DNA of 64,000 nucleotides from Lama glama. Taxonomy: Eukaryota. Position 1 is the stretch's first letter. Each line of letters opens with the position of its first letter. Positions 50,201-60,820 of this stretch are shown here, one piece after another. The DNA lies in assembly GCA_028534125.1 (NCBI GenBank), contig CM052828.1:60326001-60390000 (forward strand). The letters are read 5' to 3'. The notes under the pieces were generated by a model. It was not told the origin of the DNA, did no database searches, and was given only the letters and a program-made list of their open reading frames with translations. A program made the position numbers and the translations under genes.

Positions 50201-52032
50201 GGGGGAGGAGACGCTGGAAGAGACCCGCTCACGTTCAGAGCAGACGTCGCCGCTGTCTCGTCTTTTCTCTTCGCACTCTGAGCACAGTCAGGCGATTGCA
50301 TCAGGCGGCTCTTAAACACTTGTCGCTGGAGGGGCAGTCTGGAACCAGTTACACACGACAGATCACCCTGCGCATCGTCGTCCGGGTGTGGAACGGCTCC
50401 TGCCTTTAGTGTCGTCTCGGTGTGTAGTTTTTTTAAGGTAAATTACCCAGTACGTGAGAAAACCTGTTTTTCTTTGTCTAAAGAGATTAAGTCTTATCTT
50501 TCTGCCTTTGTAACCAACAGGCTGCAACTTACAAGTGACAGGTGTGGGGGTCAGGGCTGGACTCCTGCGTCCCTTCCGCAAAGGCCCCACCAGGGCCCCA
50601 GAGGGGGCACGGGCTTGGGGACATGCAGGGCCTGTCTTCCTAGCCTAGTCCTCGCCAAATTCTGCCTTTATTGTCTCCTGACAAAAGTGACTCCTCCAGA
50701 CCCGTTTACCAAGTCTCTCTTTCTCACCCGTCGCATCACAGCAGAGTCTGTCACCCTGCACCAGCTCCATGGGGCGTCAGCCCCCCGTCACCTGGCTGAG
50801 GTGTGAGGGTCACGTTTTTCTACCATGAAGTGACCGTCTTGCCACATATCCTCCTCGGAAGGGAGCCAGCCACACTCCAGGGAGGGGAGGCCCGTGCTGC
50901 TCCCTGAGGGTGAAGCGGCCGCACAGGTGACATGAATTCTCTCCCGCCCCTCTGCCGGGAGAGCTGTCTCGTGCCCCCGGTGTAACCATTTATCCGCTTG
51001 CTCAGTGTATCTGTGTGGACTCGCGGGCGCGGGGGCCGTCTGCTCTGCTTTCGTCCTTTTGAGAACCACCACTCAGGAACGATGTTCATGAGGTGCATAC
51101 CGTGTGCCCCAGGCTCACCTTCCACTCGCTCAGACAAGGCAGGCGGCTAGAGGCCGTGCTTACCCGCGAGCGCGTGAAGCACCTTCTGGCAGGGAAGGGG
51201 GCGCGCTGCCCCCGCCCCGTCCGCAGCGTGGAGCTCACGCGAGGGGTGTGCTCGTGGTGCTGAGCTTTTCCTCTGCCCTGGAGCTCAGTCACTTACGTGG
51301 GGTCTTTACAGCTACGTCAGTTGGAGATAAATCTGCGCCATGTTACACCATGTTGTTCAGCCGTCCGTGTATCCCAGCTGTTGTACTGAGGTTTTTTGCC
51401 AGGAAACTGAGGAGTGAACACAGCTGACAACAGGTGTCTCCCTGGAGGCCCCGTCACAGTGCAGGCGACCAGCTGCCCAGGCGCGGGCGGCTTCCCGAGA
51501 CGCGCGCTGTCACGGGCGTTTCAGAGTCACTTCACCCTTGCGTCCCAGCAGCGGTATCGGTGCATGATCTCCTCAGATGGCAGCTGTGTGAGCGCACGCG
51601 AGTCGCGGCAGGCGCAGGGCACCCGCGCTGTGGGCGTTCCCACTCACGGGTGGTGAGCCGCTCCCTGGGGTCCCCTTGCGGCGTGACCTCACCCTCCTCC
51701 TTCAGCTGCCCTGGGAGGGGCGCCGGCTGAGGACTCGGCCGTCATCGGCTTCACCCCAGGGTGAGCTGCTTCGGGGTGAGAGGCGGCGAGGGCTGACTTG
51801 CTGACGGCGCGAGCCTGAGGAGCCATCTGACTCGGGCGGCAGACGTCCCGGCGGCGGCGAGGGCGGCTTGCTGGCGCCCCGCCCAGAGGCTGGCTGTTCT
51901 GTGTGGAGCTCTGGTGCCCCACTTTCAGTGACCTGTTCCAGGTTTTGGAGGTGGCTCTCTGTTTCACGGTTACATGCCGTCTTTGACTGAGGAGAGCCGT
52001 TCTGACGGGTGTGAAGAGGAAACCGATGGTGC

Positions 52033-52579
52033 TGTCCGACCAGGGTCACCCCAGAGGAGGGAAGAGGCTCCAGTTCTTGTCATACTTGAAGGAGAAGAAT
52101 TCAGGTGGGAGACAGCGTTGTGTAGTGAACGATTTGAGAGGACTTCCTGGCAAAGGGAGAGCGCATCTCCGAGAGCCGGCGGGCTGATCCGAGGGCGGTG
52201 GCAGTGGTCTCTGTCCCTCCTCTTATGCCCTCGCTTAGAGGTGGCCTCTTGAATGACTGATGGCCCCTGTCCCTGGAACCCTCAGTCATGCCCGTCCCCC
52301 TTTCTGCATGTCCTCACCCATGATGCCCACAGGAGACCCCTGGGGAGCCTACGCCGCAATGCTGGCCATATTACAGTGAGCGCTGGGTCACGGTCAGTTA
52401 GGTCCTTGTTGCTGCTGCGCGGTTGTGGCTGTCGGGTTCTAACGGGTTTCTTGCTGGCGCTCACTTAGAGGAAGTAAAGTTGCTTTATGCTGGAGGCCGG
52501 CACACTGCCGTCTTCTGGGCCCTCCTCCCTCCCCTCCACCTTATCTGCCCAGTGCCCCCACCTGTCTAACCACCTAACA
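52033..52579 (-). mobile_element. ERV solo LTR (ERV1-like)
   Basis: The minus strand begins TGTTAGGTGGTTAGACAGG and ends ...GGTCGGACA (TG...CA), with a TATA-like CATAAGAG and a 'TGAATTCTTCT...GACAAGAAC' segment near the 3' end, as in many ERV1 LTRs. Confidence 0.65.
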
Positions 52580-54085
52580 CTAGGGATCACGTAGTTGGTC
52601 AGTCGGGGGATGAGCCAGGCTGTCGGTCATCCGAGTGGATGGTTTCCTCACAGAAGGGCAGGTCACCCCGAACTTGACGTGGTGCCTGCAATGCGCTGAC
52701 CGGCCCCAGCACCGCCTGTTCACCAGCTGATGGGTGACGTGGGTGCAGGAGTGAAGGGCCCCTGGAATGCCTAATGACCACGGTCAGTGTGCAGTCTGCG
52801 GAGGTCAGAATAAACAGAAACTTAGAACCTGTCCCACTGCTTTGCTTTCCCACAGCCTGTGCATCAGAACAATGCGACTTCACCATTTGGAACCTAAGTT
52901 AGGATCTAAGTTCCAGGTTACCCCCAGCCAGAGTGTGGCTGCCTCTCTCCTCACGTACCGTGAGCACAGTGTTGATGGTTGGCTTCCCCGGTCAGTGGCT
53001 TGGGTTCAGCATGTCCGCTGTACTTGAAAAGTTTGTATTCCTTTACATTCGGGCCAATTACGGAGAGACCAGCTAGCCAGACCATGACGTTGGGCACATC
53101 TTGTCATGTAAACTGAGGCGGCCTTTTCCTGCGCACTTTCAAGTATAATCTGGTGATCTGGTAAATTCTCCCTCCAGTGAAACCCTGATTTCAGCGAATA
53201 TAAAAGGAAGTGCAGCAGCAAGGGTGTGCTTAGAGGCCGTGCTAGGAAAGAAGAGCGTCTCTGCTCAGACTGGCACTTGGTCCTGCCCAGACTTGGTGTC
53301 CTGAGTTGTGCTGACATTAAAGATTTCAGCCTAGGCGTCTTCCCGTTCAGTGACTCGAAATTAGTGAAGATCATCCTGCCCTCACAGAGGCTTTTATTTG
53401 ATGGGAGAAGGAACAGCCGGGAAGGGCTGGAAGGCGTTCCCTGGACCTCCCAGTGACTGCTGCTCGGATGAGGGTGTTCGATTCGCAGCAGTTATGCCAA
53501 GGGCATTCTCAGCGGCCTTGGCGTAGAGAATGAGCAGAAGTGGACGTTGAAATAGAACAGAGAGTCCCATTCGCTCTGAAATCGGAGGCTTTCAGACCGT
53601 TGAGAACAGCATGAGAAGGTGCCAGAAGGGGGCAAAGCGCTGTGAGCAGGAAGGGGAGAAGGAAAAATTGAGGCGGAGGAGCTGGGCCTCGCATTAGAGG
53701 AGGGTCCAGTGAGAAAGTGAGGAGAGTTAATTACAGGAAAAACCAGACGTGGGACTAGTGTGCAGAGCTGCAGTGTGCTGCGTAGACAGAGGATCAGTGG
53801 GACCTCTGTAGGGTGGACGCGCGTGGCCGGAGGGCTGAGCAGCACCAAGGACAGCGGGAGAAGAGCCTCCCGAGGGGCTGGTGGCCCCCACGCAGCATGG
53901 CCAGCTCAGCCGACAAGTGGGCACCGGGCTGCAGGGAGGACCAGGGGTGACGGGAGAGGGGCAGCGGGAGCACCTGAGACGCAGCAGGACAGGGGTGCTC
54001 TGTGGGGGCCGGGAGCTGGAAAGGAAGGAAGAGGCTGTTGGAAACATCGAGAGACGTATGTCTACAATGAAACTGGAGGACACGG

Positions 54086-54218
54086 CGGGGCGGGGTGTGT
54101 AGCTCGTGCTAGAGCGCGTGCTTAGAATGCACAGGGTCCTGGGTTCAATCCCCAGCACTGCCTCTAAAAATAAATAAATAAATAAACCGAATTACCACCC
54201 CCCCCAAAAAACCACAAG
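54086..54218 (+). mobile_element. Camelid tRNA-derived SINE (Vic-1 type) with target-site duplication
   Basis: A-box-like 'tagctcgtgctag', body 'gagcgcgtgcttagaatgcac', B-box 'ggttcaatccc', (TAAA)n tail; perfect 13-bp TSD ctggaggacacgg at 54073-54085 and 54219-54231. Confidence 0.92.
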
Positions 54219-54242
54219 CTGGAGGACACGGTCAGGCAGGCA

Positions 54243-54394
54243 GGGGTCGAACCCAAACCCAGGGCTCAAGGACGGACAGGCGGGAGGACTGCATTTCTCT
54301 GCCCAGGAGGCTCGGCTGGGGGTCGAACCCAAACCCAGGGCTCAAGGACGGACAGGCGGGAGGACTGCATTTCTCTGCCCAGGAGGCTCGGCTG
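54243..54394. repeat. Perfect 76-bp tandem duplication (2 copies)
   Basis: 54243-54318 is identical to 54319-54394. Confidence 0.97.
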
Positions 54395-57139
54395 GTGACT
54401 AGTTTCTGCTGAAGCTCACGGCAAACATCTGACTGAAGGGTGATGGGAAGCAGGGCTGTGCCTTGGGCTGGGCTCCCCGCCGCCCGTGACATCCAGCGCC
54501 GACAGCCTCGGTCTCCGCATGTCCCCCTGCGGTGGGCAGGAGTGGGGAAGGATACTCTGCAGAGTATCCGGCCTGTGCTGCTCCGCATTCCAGAAGCTTC
54601 TACACTGCGCCACCTCTCTGTCAGCCAGGACGCCCACCATCACAGGGCAGGGGGAGCCGGAGACGCTCACTGCTCTTCTGTGGGGTTGGGGAGGAGGACC
54701 TCCAGACGTATGCTGGGGCTGGCTCTGGGCCACCCTCCCTGGCACAGAGGCCCTGTCAGGGCATCTCTCCCAGGCCATCTCCTCAGAAGGACTCTTGGAG
54801 CTTCCGAGGGTCCCCCGGAGCAGGGAAGAACACAAGGCTGTGATTGTCCTACTCGGGTGCTCCAAGCAGGCTGGAAGGGAAATGGCTTCCCTCTTCCTCT
54901 GCCCTCTGCAGGCCCTCGGTGGCCCTCAGCCACCCAGGGGGTGGGTAGCCGCCGTCCCGCCAGACCCAGCGCCTTTGCTCGGGGCCTTCACCCACGGCTT
55001 TCCAGACGCCCTCTCCTGCCGGGTGTCCCCTGGGGTCCCACACAGTAGCCCCTAGAAAACCCTGGAGACCGCAGGGATGCAGAAGCCGGAGCAGGGAAAC
55101 GTCTGTCCAGCCCGGCCCCGCCCCATTTTGTTCTCTCCCCTTTGCTTCCCACTCAGCCAAAGACCCTGCGGGGACGGGGACAGTGGCGACGGCCACTCCG
55201 AGCCCAGCCGGTGCCCCATGCGCCCCTGTGGACCCTTTGTTCCGGGTGTCGTCAGCACTGCTGTGAAGCCAAGACTGCCTCCTGAAGGGCTTCCCCGCAT
55301 CTCGTCTCTGTCGGAAGCGTGACCCTCAAACGTGAGACGGAGCAGAGATCGCAGACCCTGTGAGCCCTGTCAACCAGGTGTGACAGTGCCATCTCCTCAA
55401 ATTGCCGCTAATCTACCAGGGGCCGTGCTGTCTGCAGCCTCCCTTGCGCTGTTTGCTCCCATTCGGTTACCGCTTTCGGTTTCCTTCTGAGGTGTCACTG
55501 TTTGCCATTTAGTCAGTAAGGAGAAGCGTGCGAGGGCTTCAGGCATGCGGATCTGGGGAGCTGGGAAGAGCCGACTGGCTGTTCAGGGAGGACGGTCTTG
55601 CTGAGGGTGGTGAGAGCTGGAGAGAGAGTGCCCCTCCGTCCTGGGAACAGCCTTCTAATTATGTCGTCAGGCTTGCTGGCGAGCTCTTTCCCTGTGCCGT
55701 TGAGAAACCGTGTTCTGTGTTAAGGAGATTACCAGATTGTGATGCTGTTTGCTGATTACTTTTTATTGTTTAAAGAATTTGGATGTATTAAACCAAACAT
55801 TAAAAAGTGATTCACATGGAGCGTAATTACTGGAGATGAGGCTGGGGGACACGGGTGGGTGGGAGGGGAGGGAGGAGATGGCGTTTGGGGGCTCTCACGG
55901 GGCCAGTGGGGCACAGGCAGGGACCCCATGTCAGTGTGACAGACGCAGGTGCTGATGGATACAGCTGGAAGGGTCGGGAGCCGGGTGGCAGAGAGGTGCA
56001 GCTGTAGGTTTCTGAGTGAAACAAACATTTCCAGGTGAGAGATGTTCCTTACTGAGCAGGAGAAATGAGCCATTTGAATTGTGCGCAAACACGCTGTCCT
56101 GGTGCCCGCCCTTCCCGCTGGGAGAGAGAACCAGAGCAGCGAGTAGGGGAGCCTGCCCTGAACGGCCCCTCCCATGTGGGCTGCCAACCCCCCCAGGGCC
56201 CCCTCTGATCTCAGACCCACTTCTGGGGGAGACAGTCGGGGACCAGGGGAACAGGCTGCACACTCTCCCTGCCTGTCCATCGCTCGTGGGCACCAGTCTT
56301 CATGCCACACCGTCTACTACCTGCTAATGTAAATAATAAACAGCCCGGAGCTTTGTTTCCAGCTCCACGTGAACACAAAGGGCACAAGAGTGGGTATCGA
56401 AGGATTTCATGGCAGGTCCCATCAAGGGAGTGCACAGTGAACCATGGCTGTTTGCGCCGTTTGCCGCCCGGGAGCGGGCGGCAGTCCTGGGCCGTGTCCT
56501 GCCCGCCGGCCCACAGCCAGGCGCTCCTCAGGAGGAGCTGCAGTAGGATTTGGGTTGATTCTGACAGATCCTGCAATTGTCAAGTTTGAACTGACGCATA
56601 GGTGCTCCGGTGTCACCGCCCTGGTGTGTCTGTAAGAGCAGGAGGTGGGCCAAGGGCTTCTCCCACAGGCGACAAGCTGCAGGCTGCGAGGACGCTCGCC
56701 AGCTACTGAGCGCTCGTGGGCCGGAGGCTGCCGGGCATCAGGGAGGCGTGAATGGCGCCGTGGCAGCGTCGGTGTGGGCAGAGCTCGGCTGGGAGGCCGG
56801 GTCGGCCCCTCCTCTCTCAATCTGGGCTCCCGGAACTGCAAATAGGAGCAACCGTTTACTTTGGAGATGTTGTAAGGCTGAAAGAAGTTTTGTTTCTTTC
56901 TTTCCTTTTTTGTTTCTTGTTTTTTTTTTTGAATGGACAAGACATGCACAAAATTCGAAAGATACCAAAAAGACCCATCTCCTGATAAGTTCTTTGATTT
57001 GTCAATTTGTGAAGCCCCGCCCCCGTTCACATTTTGGAATGGGACCCGGGAATGGGACTCACTCCACATGGAACCATAAACCCAGGGAGAAGGGGGACCT
57101 GCAAGAACGTTCCCTTGTCTGGTTGTGGGGATCACCATA

Positions 57140-57715
57140 TACCGCTTAGCCGGCTGTTGTTGGGTTAGTGTACCATTTCACACAGCCTCGAATGCTGCGG
57201 TGGGTTCTCTGGACACAGGCATTTTGCACACGGGCCAGTGTATATAAGAGAGCAATCCCCTGAAGTGCAATTTGGGGGTCGAAGCGTGTATGCAGTTTTT
57301 GATCGGGAGATTGCCAAACTGCTCTGCACGGATTCTGCACTGACTCGCCCCCACCCCCAGTCCCTGGATCCGCCATCAGCACCAGCCTAGGGTTTGTCAC
57401 ACGTTTGGCCTTTGCCAGCCTGAGAGGGGAATGGTGGTGTCTCACTACAGTTTCAATCTGCGTTTCTCTTTTCATGAGGAAGATGGGGAGTTTCACGTGC
57501 GGGAGGCACTTGTGTTTCATTCCCTGAGAACCGTCTGCCCGCACCCTGCCGTCTGTTCTGCTGGTTTGGTCTTCGGCTTATTGATTCGGAGAAGTTCTTT
57601 ATCTCCCAGACAAATTAGCACCTTATAAATGAGTTCCACTGTTTTGATCCACTTAGTCATTTGTCTTTTCTCTTTGTTCCTATTCCTTTCTGTAATTCAA
57701 AAATCTCTAACTTTT
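57140..57715 (-). mobile_element. Old L1 (L1ME-like) fragment, first part
   Basis: 'gattgccaaactgctctgc', 'tttgccagcctgagagggggaatggtggtgtctcactacagtttcaatctgcgtttctct', 'ttattgattcggagaagttctttat'. Confidence 0.8.
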
Positions 57716-57719
57716 TTAT

Positions 57720-58760
57720 GTAAGGTGAGGCAAAAATTTCTTAGGCATGACACCAGAAGCATGATCCAAGGAAGAAAAAATGACAAATTGAACATAAAAA
57801 AAACTTCTGCTCTTCTAAGGCCGCTGGTAAGACAATGGAAGGACAAGTCACCGACTGAGGAGAAATATTTGCAAGTCATATATCTGATGAAGGGTTTGCA
57901 TCCAGAATACGTAAGGCGCTTTTAGAACTTAATAATAAAAAGACAATGACCCAACTTTTAAAACGGGTTAAAGCTGTGAATAGACACTTCACCAAAAAAG
58001 AGACCTAAGTGGCCAGCGAGCGTGTAACAGGCGCGCGGCTGCTCCTCGCCGGGCCGCGCGCCCACCCGCAGCGAGGCCGCGCCCGCGCCCGCGCCCGCGC
58101 CCGCCAGGACGGCTGCCCGCGGACGCGCTGCAGGACGGGTGTCGGTGAGGATGTGGGGAAACGGGAGCCCTCGCAAGGTGCGAGGAATGAGAGGTGGCGC
58201 AGCTGCCTTGGGGAACGTTTTGGCCGTTCCCCTAAGAAGTCCAGCCGCCCACCGTGTGAGCCAGCCGCCCACCGTAGGTGTCCTCCGGGGGGGGACCCGC
58301 GTGCCCGCCCAGACGCGCGCGCCCCGGGCCCTGCGGCAGCGTTGCGTCGTAGCCCCAGGTGGGAGGGGACCCAAGCGTCCCCCGGCGGCGCGTGGGCGGA
58401 CGCGTCCTGGGGCGCCGCGCTGTGCGGCGCCTGTGAGTCGGGAGGACAGAGGACCAAGCCTGTGATACACACGGCGACAGCTGCGTGAGTGAAAGCGACC
58501 AGGCAGGGCGCGCCCCGCGTGGCTCCGGTTGCTCGGCCCTCTGGAAAAGGCGACCTGCCCCTCGGTGCCAGAGAGCAGGGCGGAGCTGCTGGGGGAGCCG
58601 AGGGGGGAGCGGGAGCAGCCGGAGGGCGGGGGACCGACCCTGGGCAGAGGCCACGAGGGGACCCCGGGCGTGCCTGCGGCCCGCGGACGGCGACTGTCTC
58701 GACTGGTGACGCCGCCAGGCCGCGCGCTCCTGCATCTGGGCCTGCTGCCCGCAGCGTGCT
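57720..58760 (+). mobile_element. L1M (MC/MD-like) ORF2 3' end and 3' UTR nested in the older antisense L1
   Basis: AT-rich part 'ggcaaaaatttcttaggcatgacaccagaagcatgatcc...gagaaatatttgcaagtcatatatctgatgaaggg...gaatagacacttcaccaaaaaaga' continues colinearly into GC-converted L1 sequence ('gtgaggatgtggggaaacgggagccctc', 'gagtgaaag', 'ctggaaaaggc'). Confidence 0.88.
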
Positions 58761-58800
58761 CCCCGGCTGACTGCGCAGGAAGGGGGGCTGTACGGAGCGC
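58009..58800. promoter_or_regulatory. CpG island derived from L1 sequence
   Basis: By eye the densest CpG/GC stretch in the window, including (GCCCGC)n at about 58079-58103; it keeps L1 colinearity. Confidence 0.75.
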
Positions 58801-58939
58801 CTGACTTCTCTTTACGGACTGTGGGTCTCGTGGCGATTCTTTCCTCACTCCCACTTTGAGGAACAATCTATTTTGTGGGACGAGGCAGCGAGCCCTTAGG
58901 AATGCCGTCTCAGAGGGTTTCACTCTCCACGTGCGTGTA

Positions 58940-59750
58940 ACTCCAGCCGGGATTTGGAATAGTGTGAAGCAGAAATCCAGCTTCTTCCCCCACTTAGGCC
59001 AGCGTTCTTCATTGTAGAAATTAGTCTTTCTGTCCTTACTTGAAATGCTGTCTGTGTCACCTAGTAAATCCTGTATAAATTTGATTGTTTCTGGACTTTC
59101 CCTTTTGATGCTTTTGTCCCTTTTTGTACCGATACTGCATTTTTTTAAATTGAAGTTTAGTTAGTTTTTACAGTGTTGTGTTGGTTCCTAGTGTACAGCA
59201 TAGCGATCTAGTTTCATATATATATATATATATATGTAATTTTTCACATTGTCTTTGTTTTAGGTTAGTACGAGTTCCTGAATTTAGCTCCCGTGCGGCA
59301 CAGTAGGAATGTCACATTGTTTGGATTACTGTATATATATTTTAATGTTTAACATGGAGAGTCTATAACAAGTTCCTTACTACTTTCAATTTTCAGAGTG
59401 ATTTTCAAAGTAATTGAAAGTGAAGTTTAATTTTCAAAAACTCCTTGACTATTCTTGCTGATGACTTTTCCCTCTGAAATTTAGAATCCGTATTTTGGTT
59501 CAGCGAGTCCTCCTTGCGCCTTTCTGGAGGTGGCAGAGCGTTAGCTGCAGGCTGTCATTAATGGCACAGGTCGTCTCGCGGAGGACTGACCTCCTTGTGC
59601 TCTCGGGTCTTCCCAGCAGAGACTCTGCTTATCTCAGAACCCTTTCCACTTACTTGTCCTTTTTCACATCTTCCAGTAGTATTTTCATTTTCTTCGTATA
59701 AATCTTGTGCAGTTTCCTTTTTCAGTTAAACACGTATTTTAAGACCCAAG
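58940..59750 (-). mobile_element. Old L1 (L1ME-like) fragment, second part
   Basis: 'ttgaaatgctgtctgtgtcac', 'gtttctggactttc', 'cttgactattcttgct...tgaaatttagaatc', 'ttcttcgtataaatcttgtgca' continue the antisense L1 ORF2 seen before 57715. Confidence 0.65.
59140..59309 (-). mobile_element. Short camelid/cetartiodactyl L1 3' end with (TA)n
   Basis: 'tttttttaaattgaagtttagttagtttttacagtgttgtgttggttcctagtgtacagcatagcgat...(ta)n...cacagtagga'. Confidence 0.85.
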
Positions 59751-59816
59751 CTGCCTTGTGGAAATTTAAAATAAGATGGTTTCATCGGAGAAGTAGCAAA
59801 ATAATCACATGTCAGC

Positions 59817-60720
59817 TTTTGTTTTATTATGGAAGTAGAGTTGATTTACCACCTTACATTAGTTTCAGGTGTGGAGCGCAGTGGTTCAGTACTTCTACAG
59901 ATTATACTCCACTGAAAGTCACTACAGGGTGACGGCTGTAGTTCCCTGCGCTGCACCGTGCATCCTTGTTGCTCATCTGTTTTGCGTACAGCAGTCATGT
60001 CTATTCATCCCCCACACCGTCTAGCCCCTCCCCACGCCCCTCCCCACTGGGAACCACTGATTTGCATTCTGTGTCTGTGGGTTTGTTTTGCATATACATT
60101 AATTTGTATTATTTTCAGATTCTGCACGTAAATGATATCGTACAGTATTTGCTGTTGTCTGACTTAACTCAGTGTGATCATCTCTAGGTCCATCCATGTT
60201 GCTGCAAATGTCAATAGTTCACGCTTTTTACGGCTGAGTAGTATTCCACTGCATAAATATACCACATCTTTATCCAGTCGTCTGCTGATGGATGTTTAGG
60301 TTGCTCCCATATCTTGGCTTTTATAAATAGTGCTCTGAACATGGGGTGCATTATCTTTTTGAATTAGTATTTTTGTTTTTTCCAGGTGCAGCCCTAGTAG
60401 TGGGGTTGCTGGATCATATGGTAACTTTGTGTTTTTTTCAGGACCCTCCATACTGTTCTCCAATGTGGCTGCGCCAGCTTACACTCCCACGAGCAGAGCG
60501 GGAGGGCGCCCTTCTCCCCACACGCTCTCCAGCACGTGTTATCTGTAGGCTTCCCGACGGCGTCAACCTCAGAGGCGCGAGGTGGTGGTTCAGTGTTGAT
60601 TTGCTTTTCCCTGGTGGTCAGTGATGTTGAGCGTCTTTTCATGTGCCTGTTGGCCATCTTTGTGTCTTTGGAGAAATGCCTATTTAAGCCCTCTGCCCAT
60701 TTTTGATTTTTTTTTTTGTT
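59817..60720 (-). mobile_element. L1 (L1MA9/cetartiodactyl type) 3' end
   Basis: 'gaagtagagttgatttac...ttagtttcaggtgt', 'tctctaggtccatccatgttgctgcaaatg', 'ggctgagtagtattccact'. Minus-strand ORF 60394-60657 starts MANRHMKRRSTSL, like L1 ORF2 MANRHMKRCSTSL. Confidence 0.95.
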
Positions 60721-60731
60721 TGTTTAATCAC

Positions 60732-60820
60732 AGGTCAGTCTTGGTTTCGACATCCAGTCTGTGGCTTACTAACCAGGTCTCAGCCCGTTACTTAACCTCT
60801 CTGAGTCTCAGCTACTGTGG
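60732..60820 (+). mobile_element. MIR fragment
   Basis: 'gttacttaacctctctgagtctcag' is the MIR core motif, preceded by 'cttactaacc'. Confidence 0.6.

Noticed and set aside
53480-54070. Purine-rich stretch, possibly antisense L2
   Set aside because: No diagnostic motif could be aligned confidently.
54086-54160. tRNA gene
   Set aside because: A and B boxes are present, but the A-rich tail and 13-bp TSD show it is a tRNA-derived SINE.
57958-58923. 321-aa minus-strand ORF
   Set aside because: Lies over the GC-converted L1; loss of stop codons follows from base composition.
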